64,000 nucleotides of DNA from an uncultured virus (IMG/VR IMGVR_UViG_3300025034_000006) (taxonomy: Duplodnaviria > Heunggongvirae > Uroviricota > Caudoviricetes), in the IMG/VR virus record IMGVR_UViG_3300025034_000006. One strand, 5' to 3'. The notes beneath the pieces were generated by a model, which did not search any database, had not been told where the DNA came from, and was given only the letters and a program-made list of their open reading frames with translations. Position 1 is the first letter of the stretch. Each line of letters opens with the position of its first letter. Below, one piece after another: positions 22,838-31,334 of this stretch. The position numbers and the translations under genes are program-made.

Positions 22838-24166
22838 TCATGCGACAATGACCAGTCGTTCTGCCGCACGAGTGATGGCCGTGTAGAGCCATTTGTCGGC
22901 ATCTTCCCGGAACGAACCCGAATCATCGTGAACGATCACTTCATCCCACTGACTGCCTTGCGCCTTGTGGCAAGTGATCGCCCAGCCGAAGTCAAGCTGG
23001 TGGTCATTGATTCGCGAACGGAAGGCCCGGTCCTTGGTCGTGGTGGCGAAGTTCTTGACGCGGCCGAAATGCTCTTCCAGAAGTCCTTGGTAGCAGAACA
23101 TCGAATAGGCTTTGCCTTCCTCATCGCGAATCTTCGCAAGGAAACGGTCGGCACCATCAGCAGCCATTCCGTGATCCTCAGCGGAGAAAACTTGTGTCCC
23201 GTTGACGAGATTCGGATAGGTCCGACTGTTGCGGCACATGATCAGCGGCTCACCCTTGTGGGGCAAGGTATCGAGAAAGCCGCCTTCCTTGCGCATCTTG
23301 CTGGTCTGCTTCCAACGGTTCTTGTTGGTGCCGACGATCACCTGAGCATCCCGATCCAGATCGAGTGTGTAGATGTCCTTTTTCGCCGGCACGATCAGAA
23401 CACCGTTACCGTAGTCACCATAGTCACCCCGCTGGCCCTTGCGAACCAGAGTGGCAAGGTGGATGATCGGGTTGTCGGCAGCCTGCCGGTGGACTTCGGT
23501 CAGGAAGGCATCCGGGGAACCATTGAGAAAGCCGGGGTCTTCACCAACCGGTGGAAGCTGGCCGGGATCACCCATCACGAGGATGGGAATCTCGAAGTCC
23601 ATGAGGTCTTCGGCCATCTGCTCACCGACCATGGAGCCTTCGTCCACCACAATGAGGTGGATGTCAGACTGCACGAGACGCGAGTCGGGGTTGAGTGAGA
23701 AGCGGAGATCGTTCAGATCGTAGGCGCGATCGAGGTCACGGGTGAGGATGTGAATCTTCTTCTCGGCTTCGTGGAGATCAGCCTTCAAGTTGCCCGACGG
23801 CGGAGCTACGCTACCAGCCTTGAGCATGGTGACGAAGGTCTTCATCTCAGCCAACTCGCGCTCCAGCGCCTCGGCCTTCTGCGGCTTTGGCGTGTAGATC
23901 AGCGAGTGGATTGTCGAAGGGTAGACGTTGATGCCTTGAGCCCGGAGCTTGGTTCCCATGACCTTGGCGGCCTTACCAGTCGGCGCACAGAAGGCCACCT
24001 GTTCAGGATCAAGCCCAAGGGCGTCTAGGATGTCAGGCAGGATGGTGGACTTACCGGTGCCTGCAAATCCACACATCACGAACACCTGCTTCATCGCGGT
24101 GCTGTTCTTGAACCATTCGCGGATGCGGCGCACGGCGTCTCCCTGCTGTGGGGAAAGCTCGAACAT
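22838..24166 (-). CDS. SF1B helicase (RecD2/Dda-like)
   Basis: GFAGTGKST, VDEGSM, GDPGQLPPV, HKAQGSQW, YTAITRA. Confidence 0.9.
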   Translation of the reverse strand: MFELSPQQGDAVRRIREWFKNSTAMKQVFVMCGFAGTGKSTILPDILDALGLDPEQVAFCAPTGKAAKVMGTKLRAQGINVYPSTIHSLIYTPKPQKAEALERELAEMKTFVTMLKAGSVAPPSGNLKADLHEAEKKIHILTRDLDRAYDLNDLRFSLNPDSRLVQSDIHLIVVDEGSMVGEQMAEDLMDFEIPILVMGDPGQLPPVGEDPGFLNGSPDAFLTEVHRQAADNPIIHLATLVRKGQRGDYGDYGNGVLIVPAKKDIYTLDLDRDAQVIVGTNKNRWKQTSKMRKEGGFLDTLPHKGEPLIMCRNSRTYPNLVNGTQVFSAEDHGMAADGADRFLAKIRDEEGKAYSMFCYQGLLEEHFGRVKNFATTTKDRAFRSRINDHQLDFGWAITCHKAQGSQWDEVIVHDDSGSFREDADKWLYTAITRAAERLVIVA

Positions 24167-24464
24167 TGGAGTTCCTTAGTCGAAGGTGACCTTGACTTTG
24201 TAATTGACATGCTCACCGTTTACCCGGTGAAGGGTATAGGCAATCACTGTAAACAACATCATCAAGATGAAGGGCACAATGATCGATACCACCGTCACCG
24301 GGTAAGACAGGAGTCTGAGGATCAGCTTGAACGCAAACCGCCCCGCTCCCTTGACTTTCTCAGGCTCGTTAATCCAGTAAAGGAGGGTCCCGGCGAAAAG
24401 CACGAGAATGCTGAGAGCGAGCATGAGGGTCTGGAGAGAGGAGTCGGTCAGGACCATAGCGTGA

Positions 24465-24788
24465 TCAGTCAGCCTTCGCGGCAGCCGACGTGGGTGTCGG
24501 AGCTTCGCTCGCGGTGGTGCGAATCTCGAACAGTGCGAGACCCGACGACAGGAGATCACGGAACTCCTGTTCGGCGATCACGAGCGAGCCACGACCACCG
24601 ACGTTCACCGTGTAGGTGACAGTCGGAACGTTGGGACCGAAGATCGCTTCGATGAACACATTACGGCCCGGTCCTTCGATCAAGGCGGCCTGAATGAAGA
24701 TGCCCGGATGCTTTTCGTAGGGCTGGGTAATCGACGCCTCGGGAAGACGCGTGATGAAATCGAAAGGGTTGGCGACCTGATTGGTCAT
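24465..24788 (-). CDS. Hypothetical protein
   Basis: AGGAG SD, 107 aa. Confidence 0.5.
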   Translation of the reverse strand: MTNQVANPFDFITRLPEASITQPYEKHPGIFIQAALIEGPGRNVFIEAIFGPNVPTVTYTVNVGGRGSLVIAEQEFRDLLSSGLALFEIRTTASEAPTPTSAAAKAD

Positions 24789-24857
24789 GCTCTGTCTCCT
24801 GTGAGTGATGGGCGATGGGGAGGCGCAGAGGCGTGGGTGCGCCTCCCCATCTAACCG

Positions 24858-25901
24858 TTAGTCGAAGTTGCGGACCCGGCGACCACCACCGGCGGCACCA
24901 CGACCACGACGGGGAGCGGGAGCTTCCTCCTCTTCCTCTTCGACCGGAGCAGCGGCAGCCCGACCACGGCGGGGAGCAGGAGCTTCTTCCTCCTCTTCCT
25001 CGACCGGAGCAGCAGCCTTACGACCACGACGCGGAGCAGGAGCTTCGGGCTCGTCTTCCTCCTCTTCTTCTTCGACAGGAGCAGCGGCACGGCGACCACG
25101 GCGCGGAGCAGGGGCTTCTTCCTCCTCCTCTTCCTCAACCGGGGCAGCAGCGCGACGACCACGGGCCGGAGCCGGTGCTTCCTCTTCCTCTTCTTCCTCG
25201 GGCGGCGGAGCGATCGCCTTCTTCTTCTTGGCGGCCGGTGCCGGCTCTTCGAAGTCGTCTTCGTCGTCGTAATCACCGTCACCAGTGAGCCCGGCCAGTT
25301 CTTCGGCCGTCATCCAGCCAACGATCTTGAGAACCGGCGACCATTTGATCTTGCCGTGCTTCTTGACCTTGGGCACGTAGGATTCCGCACCGAGTTCGAT
25401 GATCGGAAACTCGCCGGGGTGCTGGGCAAACACGCGACCGTAAGCGGCCGAGAGCTTGCGAAGCTGGCGGACCTGACCACCGGTGGAAGTCTTCCAGAGC
25501 AGCGGGGTGCCGACGGCTTCGTCCTGATCGTCGGTGCCATAGCTCTCCAGAACGAGGCTGATGGAAGCGGCTTCGCGCCAACCATCGTCATCGTCATAGG
25601 GTCCATGATCTTCCAGTTCATGTTCCATCGGCGGCTTGCCATCGACCACGGGAACGAGGATTTCTTCCTCGACCGCGCTCTCGACCCAGCACATCCAGCC
25701 GAACGCGAGGGTTCCCATGTCACCGACGACGCGGCTCTTTGCGGGAAGGTCTTCGTCGTCCTGACCGAACGACCAGCGGCCGTCGTTGCCATTGAACTTG
25801 AGGTAGGCACCGTCTGCCACACCCTTGCCGGCTTCCGCCCAAGGGTTTGCACCGGTGGTAGCGACATCACGGCCGCCGGACTGAGGAACAAGCTGTCCCA
25901 T
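24858..25901 (-). CDS. Probable single-stranded DNA-binding / annealing protein with long repetitive tail
   Basis: YLKFNG...PVLKIVGW core typical of phage SSB-like proteins; acidic repeat tail; replication context. Confidence 0.6.
   Translation of the reverse strand: MGQLVPQSGGRDVATTGANPWAEAGKGVADGAYLKFNGNDGRWSFGQDDEDLPAKSRVVGDMGTLAFGWMCWVESAVEEEILVPVVDGKPPMEHELEDHGPYDDDDGWREAASISLVLESYGTDDQDEAVGTPLLWKTSTGGQVRQLRKLSAAYGRVFAQHPGEFPIIELGAESYVPKVKKHGKIKWSPVLKIVGWMTAEELAGLTGDGDYDDEDDFEEPAPAAKKKKAIAPPPEEEEEEEAPAPARGRRAAAPVEEEEEEEAPAPRRGRRAAAPVEEEEEEDEPEAPAPRRGRKAAAPVEEEEEEAPAPRRGRAAAAPVEEEEEEAPAPRRGRGAAGGGRRVRNFD
24885..25205 (-). repeat. Coding tandem repeat, about five units of E(6-8)-APAP-RRGR-xAAAPV
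   Basis: Visible in DNA (~60-66 nt units) and in the translation. Confidence 0.9.
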
Positions 25902-25954
25902 AGTTACTCCATTTTTAGAGGGGGTTTCCGGGCGACCCGCCCGGCGAGGGCAGA

Positions 25955-26245
25955 TTAGTCCTTGAGGACGCTCTTGAGCTTGGCGAGGACCTTGGCCGCT
26001 TCGACAGCCTTGTCGATGTCGGCGCGAACTTCATCGATCGCCTTGTCCGCTTCTTCACGGATGCTGCTGATCTGGGCTTCGGCGTCGGACAGCACGTCTT
26101 CGATCCGCTCTTCGAGAGCGTTCACGGTTTCGTCGTTCTGAGCGAGGAAGATGTCGAGCTTGGCATCAAGCGCGACCACGAAGGCGACAAGCGAGTCGCT
26201 GCTGCGTGCGATGAAACGCAGCAGCCAAGAGTTGAGTGTGTTCAT
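25955..26245 (-). CDS. Coiled-coil hypothetical protein
   Basis: Heptad-rich; follows a promoter at 26321. Confidence 0.55.
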   Translation of the reverse strand: MNTLNSWLLRFIARSSDSLVAFVVALDAKLDIFLAQNDETVNALEERIEDVLSDAEAQISSIREEADKAIDEVRADIDKAVEAAKVLAKLKSVLKD

Positions 26246-26349
26246 GTCGGGAGAACCTTTCGGAAGGTGATTCGGTATTGGTTGTTCAGAGGCATTCTAG
26301 CTACACACCGTTAAGGTTAATGTCAAGCCAAAATGTCGGTGGTGGATAA

Positions 26350-26598
26350 TTAAGCGACGAAGGGCGGCTGACCATCCTTGGACTTCCACGAGATACCGAG
26401 GTAGCCGCGCTCGGGGCGATGGGTCACACCGTCCTTATCGACAACCCGGTGCCCGCCGTCGGCAAGCAGGTAGAGTGTCACTGGCCGGTTGATGCGGAAC
26501 TTTGCACCATTGGCGTAGCTGTAGGTCCGGTAGTCTTCCGAGGAAATATCCACGATCGTCCACGGGGTGATGTCGGGATCAACCGCACTGGTATCCAT
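26350..26598 (-). CDS. Hypothetical protein
   Basis: Operon packing. Confidence 0.55.
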   Translation of the reverse strand: MDTSAVDPDITPWTIVDISSEDYRTYSYANGAKFRINRPVTLYLLADGGHRVVDKDGVTHRPERGYLGISWKSKDGQPPFVA

Positions 26599-26599
26599 G

Positions 26600-27661
26600 T
26601 TATGCGTCCTTGAGTTTGACGGTCAGGCGCTCGTATCCGTTGCCTTCGCGTTGGTAATCATCGATGCTCTTCCCCAAGTCTTGGAGATCAGCGGCAAGCG
26701 AAAGAGTGTCGAGCGACTTCTTGCCCGCACACCACGAGTTGCTGATGGTGAAACGGTCATCACCAACACCCTTGGTATCGTGTTCACGGAGAATTTCCTT
26801 GATCTCTGCTTCGATCACCTTCTTCTCGTGTTCTGCTTCCTTGGCGGTAGCAGCAAATTCCTTCTGCCGGCCGGCAAGCAGCACCAGACGATCGAGGATC
26901 GCCGGGTCTTCGATCTTGCGCTTGGCCTTGGGGAAGTTCTCACCGGTGGTGAAGGCGCACTCCTGTGTGAACTCACACAGATTGCACTCACCACTAATCT
27001 TGCCCTCAGCCATCAGATCGGCCGGGTTCTCAGCCGCGAAGATCATCTTGGCGCGCTGCTTGGCAGCCTCGTAGATTTTCGGATCGCGTTTGACGACGTA
27101 GGGACGGATGTCCGAAAGCCACGATGCGTTGAAGTAGACGATCACCGCATACTCCGGTCGGAACTCAGTGAGTTCGTGGATGAGGCCCATCTGGACCTGA
27201 ACCTGACCGACGTGGATTTCCTTGGCTTCCTTGATGTTGGCGCGGGGATCGAACGACTTGTATTCGATCACCAAATCCTCGGACAGGATGTCATCGATAC
27301 CAAGCTGAGCCAGCGCATCCGGATCGAGCCCGGTTGCCAGACCGTCCGGTGTTGCTGACAGGCGGCCCTTACGAAGGGTTTCCTGTTCATCACCGGCGTA
27401 GAGCAGTTCCGCGCCTTCGGTCATGATCGCTTGTGTCGCTGGGACAGCGAAGAAGTTTTCGATGATGTCACCGCGCTTGGCGGCACCCCAGTCTTGTTCG
27501 TGATCGTCATCCGGATCATACTGGAACTTCTTGAAGTGGACCTTCCTCAGGCAAGAGAAAGCTTCCGACGCACCGACCGATGCGTTGCGGTCATACTTCC
27601 ATTCCTTCTCGTTGGAATCCGAGAAGGCTTGGAACATGCCATCGAAATTGAGCGCAGCCAT
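26600..27661 (-). CDS. PD-(D/E)XK exonuclease, Cas4/RecB-like
   Basis: ATPDG, IEYKS, QVQVQMG; N-terminal Cys and C-terminal CxxCxxxxxC. Confidence 0.8.
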   Translation of the reverse strand: MAALNFDGMFQAFSDSNEKEWKYDRNASVGASEAFSCLRKVHFKKFQYDPDDDHEQDWGAAKRGDIIENFFAVPATQAIMTEGAELLYAGDEQETLRKGRLSATPDGLATGLDPDALAQLGIDDILSEDLVIEYKSFDPRANIKEAKEIHVGQVQVQMGLIHELTEFRPEYAVIVYFNASWLSDIRPYVVKRDPKIYEAAKQRAKMIFAAENPADLMAEGKISGECNLCEFTQECAFTTGENFPKAKRKIEDPAILDRLVLLAGRQKEFAATAKEAEHEKKVIEAEIKEILREHDTKGVGDDRFTISNSWCAGKKSLDTLSLAADLQDLGKSIDDYQREGNGYERLTVKLKDA

Positions 27662-28185
27662 TACACCACCATCTCAGTCTTGAGCCCATACTTGCGGCTC
27701 GTTAGGTTGAACTTCTGGGCGACACAGGAGCCGGCGTGGAGATCGAAGCAACGGGCCAGTCGGAAGACATAGACCACCACTTCGTTGAGGTTTCGGTTCA
27801 GGTCTTCGAGTGAGCCACGAGCGCCTACCATTCCGAAGCGTTCGCGCTCTTGTTTCTTGATCGTGTTGGAGACCATTCCGACCTGAATCGCCAGATCGAG
27901 CATGATGTCCTTCGGCATACCGAACAACGGAATTTCCGGCTCCAGATTGAGTTCGAGATCGCAGCGCAGAGCAATGAGATCGCAGCAGATAATCACATCA
28001 CCAATCTCTTGGATGAGCGCTTCCTGATCGGAGCCGCCGAAAAGAATATCGGTAGCCGCTTCGATCAGTTCACCAGCTTCACCGGCAAGCTCATTGCCCG
28101 CATAGGACAGGGTGATGTCGCCGCCGGTATCCCACTCAGCTTGGCGAGCGCGATTGGCATCACGTAGATTGGTGAACTGGGTCAT
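27661..28185 (-). CDS. MazG-like nucleotide pyrophosphohydrolase
   Basis: ELAGEAGE...QEIGD, KFNLTS. Confidence 0.75.
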   Translation of the reverse strand: MTQFTNLRDANRARQAEWDTGGDITLSYAGNELAGEAGELIEAATDILFGGSDQEALIQEIGDVIICCDLIALRCDLELNLEPEIPLFGMPKDIMLDLAIQVGMVSNTIKKQERERFGMVGARGSLEDLNRNLNEVVVYVFRLARCFDLHAGSCVAQKFNLTSRKYGLKTEMVV

Positions 28186-28694
28186 CACTCGTCCTCATCT
28201 TCTTCGTCATCGTCGGCGTCGAAATCGGACTCACCAAACATGATGTCCTCATGCCGACCACGAAACTTCGCAAAGTCCTTGAACAGTTCGAGCAGCGGGA
28301 TGAAGTTCTGGATGACATCCATGGTGGGATCGGTGGCGACCATACTCTCGGCGTGGTAGCGTTCGGTGACATCGATCTCGCCGTCTTGGAATATCACCAG
28401 AACTGGTTCATCCTCGGCACCTTCGTTGACCGTTTCCGAGATGGTGAAATAGATCACACCATCTGACACATCGAGATCATCTTCGTCGCCCATTTCGAAG
28501 TGGATCATCACGAGGACGAATACTTCGGAGAACGCGTGATGGCTGTGGAAGCTATCGTTACCTTCTTGGATCGCATCCACGTCACCAGCGAATGCGACTT
28601 CCCAGTCACCATTTTCGTAGACGACCACGACTGGCGTGCCCGGCAGATCAGCGGCTGGAATTGTTGTATTGAGAGTGAGCAGTGATGCGGTCAT
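28185..28694 (-). CDS. Acidic hypothetical protein
   Basis: Two similar PV(V/L)V..(E/Q)(N/D)G(D/E) modules. Confidence 0.5.
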   Translation of the reverse strand: MTASLLTLNTTIPAADLPGTPVVVVYENGDWEVAFAGDVDAIQEGNDSFHSHHAFSEVFVLVMIHFEMGDEDDLDVSDGVIYFTISETVNEGAEDEPVLVIFQDGEIDVTERYHAESMVATDPTMDVIQNFIPLLELFKDFAKFRGRHEDIMFGESDFDADDDEEDEDE

Positions 28695-29068
28695 TAGAGG
28701 ACTCCCAACCCCTTGGCCGTGCTGAGGACGATGGTCCGGAACAGGCGGTCCTTGAACTGCTGCTCTGGCGGTAGCTCTTCGAACGGAACCATGCAGGGGT
28801 GCGTCTTGGCTTCCGGGTCCTTGACCTCGCCGTAGACCCAGCCATCGGTGACCTTCTCACGCATCCACGATTCATGGCTGGCGCTATCACCAGCGTCCGG
28901 GTTGCCGACCACGAAGCGCACACCGGCGATCGCGGAATCCTGCTGCCACTTGGGAGCGTCTTCCCATGCTGGTTGGCTGGTGTCGCCATTGTATTCGCAC
29001 CATGCGCGATTGGCTTCGTGACATACCCGTGCGAGATTGACAGCAGCGGTGCCGGAAATATAACCCAT
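28694..29068 (-). CDS. RyR-domain protein
   Basis: HESWMREK..DGWVYG..KD...KTHPCMVPFEELP...KD. Confidence 0.85.
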   Translation of the reverse strand: MGYISGTAAVNLARVCHEANRAWCEYNGDTSQPAWEDAPKWQQDSAIAGVRFVVGNPDAGDSASHESWMREKVTDGWVYGEVKDPEAKTHPCMVPFEELPPEQQFKDRLFRTIVLSTAKGLGVL

Positions 29069-29530
29069 TGTGTTTACCTTAATGCTGGAGATTTATGAGC
29101 CGTCGTCGTCGCGGATCAGGTGGAATGAAGCCTGCTCTTGCGTCTTGAAGGTACCTCGAAGAGCGTGGGTGAACAAGCTCCGGAAGTAGAAAGTGCCACG
29201 CTGATGGCCGTTGTATTGGTCGGGGACCTCGAACACCTGCCCGATCGGGAAGTGTAGTTCGGGATCGATACGGGAGAGATTATTCGACACGGATCATGTC
29301 CCAATCATCGTAGCCGAGAACGGCTGGGATAATACGAACAGTCTGCAACGCCGCATCGACAGCGGAACGAAGAGACTGGTTGTGGAAACTGTAGCTCTGC
29401 GTGACGGTCTCGATAGCGACCCGTGCGATTGCCTCAGCTTCATCTTCATCGGTGGTTATGCCCAAACACTTCCACCCTTCGCCGTTGGGGTTACGACACA
29501 TCACAGCCCAAACGCTCTCTTGCACGATCA

Positions 29531-30253
29531 TCAGGCAGCTTCTCCCAGCGCCATGAACTCCTCGTAGAGAGCCGGGGTGATCTTGCCGGCTCGTTCCAGC
29601 CGTCGGACTTCCTTGTCGAAGGCACCCAGCGCGACCAGTTCATGGAACACCTTACGGGTCCACGAAATATCGACGATAGCGGAGTGAGCGTTTTCCATCT
29701 CGACGCCGAAGAAGAAGGGAACCGCTTCCTCCAGCTTGGGCCACTTGTAGTTGGTGCTACCGACCCGGACGACTCCCTTCTTGGGAATCTTGCAGATCGG
29801 TGTGGCGGTCTTCATCGTGCAGAGGAAGGGCGATCCGGCGAAGACATCACTCGGCGTCTTGTGGTTCGGTCGGAGGCGAGCGTATTCACCTTCCATCACC
29901 TTGGTATCGAAGGCGGTGTTGTGACAAACGATCAGGTCGGCATGTTCCGCTGCGATGATGAACATCTCGACCGCATCGGCGATCGGGATACCCTGCTCTT
30001 CGCACATCTCGGGCGTGATGCCGGTGACTTCCATAGCCTTGTGTGAGATGATCGAAGGCGGAAGTTCGCCGGTGGGGTCTTCGTGGAGATACCAGTTGTC
30101 GGGCTTGATGAGGGCGTCGAGCGTGATGACATCAACGCCGTGGCGTTCGAGGATGAAACCAAGCTGCGTGATATTCGGCTGGTGGGTCTCACCAGTCTCG
30201 GGGTCCTTCCGGGGTAGGCCGGTGGATTCCACGTCGAAGAAGAGGATGTTCAT
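29531..30253 (-). CDS. DEDDh 3'-5' exonuclease (DnaQ-like)
   Basis: FDVESTG, HNTAFD, AHSAIVD. Confidence 0.9.
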   Translation of the reverse strand: MNILFFDVESTGLPRKDPETGETHQPNITQLGFILERHGVDVITLDALIKPDNWYLHEDPTGELPPSIISHKAMEVTGITPEMCEEQGIPIADAVEMFIIAAEHADLIVCHNTAFDTKVMEGEYARLRPNHKTPSDVFAGSPFLCTMKTATPICKIPKKGVVRVGSTNYKWPKLEEAVPFFFGVEMENAHSAIVDISWTRKVFHELVALGAFDKEVRRLERAGKITPALYEEFMALGEAA

Positions 30254-30322
30254 GTCGGGGAGAACCTTGTTGTCCAGACTGCGTTATGTCAAACTGTCTG
30301 TGATGTCAAGTGAAAATGGCGG

Positions 30323-30670
30323 TCAGCGCGAAAAAGGTGGCTGGGCAGGGTCGTAGGCCGGGCCTATCGGGGAGCGAATAGGTGAGCCCTCCGGCGAGCG
30401 GACAATCGGCCCCGGTGTGATGTCCACACCTGAAATGGGGAAATCGATCACCAGCTTGGGGATAGGCATGTTGAGTTCGCGGAGCTTCTTGAGCCCTTCG
30501 ATCAAAGCATCCACTTGCTCCCCGGTGAGAACCAAGCATCCTTCGGTCTGGCCGGAAGCAACCGATCTGATTTCAAACAGACCGGCCCCATCAACGTTCG
30601 GGCTGAGTGCGAGGTAATCACCGCTATCATCATCGTAGAGACGCAAGGCATATTCGGTGGTGAGCTTCAC
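30323..30670 (-). CDS. Hypothetical protein
   Basis: Operon packing. Confidence 0.45.
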   Translation of the reverse strand: MKLTTEYALRLYDDDSGDYLALSPNVDGAGLFEIRSVASGQTEGCLVLTGEQVDALIEGLKKLRELNMPIPKLVIDFPISGVDITPGPIVRSPEGSPIRSPIGPAYDPAQPPFSR

Positions 30671-30854
30671 AGGAAATACTCCAGAAGAAAGATGATCAGG
30701 CCCACCACAGCCGCAACGAACAGTGCGACAAGTTTACTGGGCGTGCTACGAGAACAATCCGGATAATCGGACCACCCATGTGGATTGGTAAGGCTCAGAT
30801 TATACAGAAGATACAAGGCAAGCCCTGCGACGACGATAACGATGGCAGGTTCGG

Positions 30855-31334
30855 TCATTGTGTTTCCTTAATGTTACTTTCGCTGTAGCTATGACGTTCT
30901 CTGAACGGACGTTCGTAACTTCCTCGGATCACAACATAGTCTCCGGGGATATACCCATTGCATTTATACCGGCTACGGGGTTCAGGATTATTTGAACCCA
31001 AAGCGATATGTCTTTTCCCTATCAGTTTATCAATAGGAAAGCACCATAGATGAGTTCCGACTACCCATAGTTCATCGATCTCATCAGGAGTGTATCCATT
31101 AAGATGAGATTTAGTTAGAAGTGGGCATCTCTCGTAAGCAAAGTGACCATCACCAAACTTAGACCACTGCGCTGTCTTTACCTGCACACGCACAGCCTTA
31201 CCTTCTTTAATGTATACGAGGTCGGCTCGGGACTGGGATGCGATTGACATATGGACATCAAAACCTTTAGCTGCCAGATGGGAGGCAACTAAAAGTTCTG
31301 ATGCTAATCCTAAAGCGGCTGTATCACGAAGCAT
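30855..31334 (-). CDS. PD-(D/E)XK endonuclease, probable homing endonuclease
   Basis: SELLV...ADLV...VQVKT; AT-rich; start overlaps polymerase stop. Confidence 0.75.
   Translation of the reverse strand: MLRDTAALGLASELLVASHLAAKGFDVHMSIASQSRADLVYIKEGKAVRVQVKTAQWSKFGDGHFAYERCPLLTKSHLNGYTPDEIDELWVVGTHLWCFPIDKLIGKRHIALGSNNPEPRSRYKCNGYIPGDYVVIRGSYERPFRERHSYSESNIKETQ

Noticed and set aside
24885..25205. CRISPR-like or intergenic repeat array
   Set aside because: Repeats are degenerate, in frame and encode a protein tail
26600..27661. CRISPR-Cas system (Cas4-like gene)
   Set aside because: No repeat-spacer array or other cas genes; it is a solo exonuclease in a replication operon
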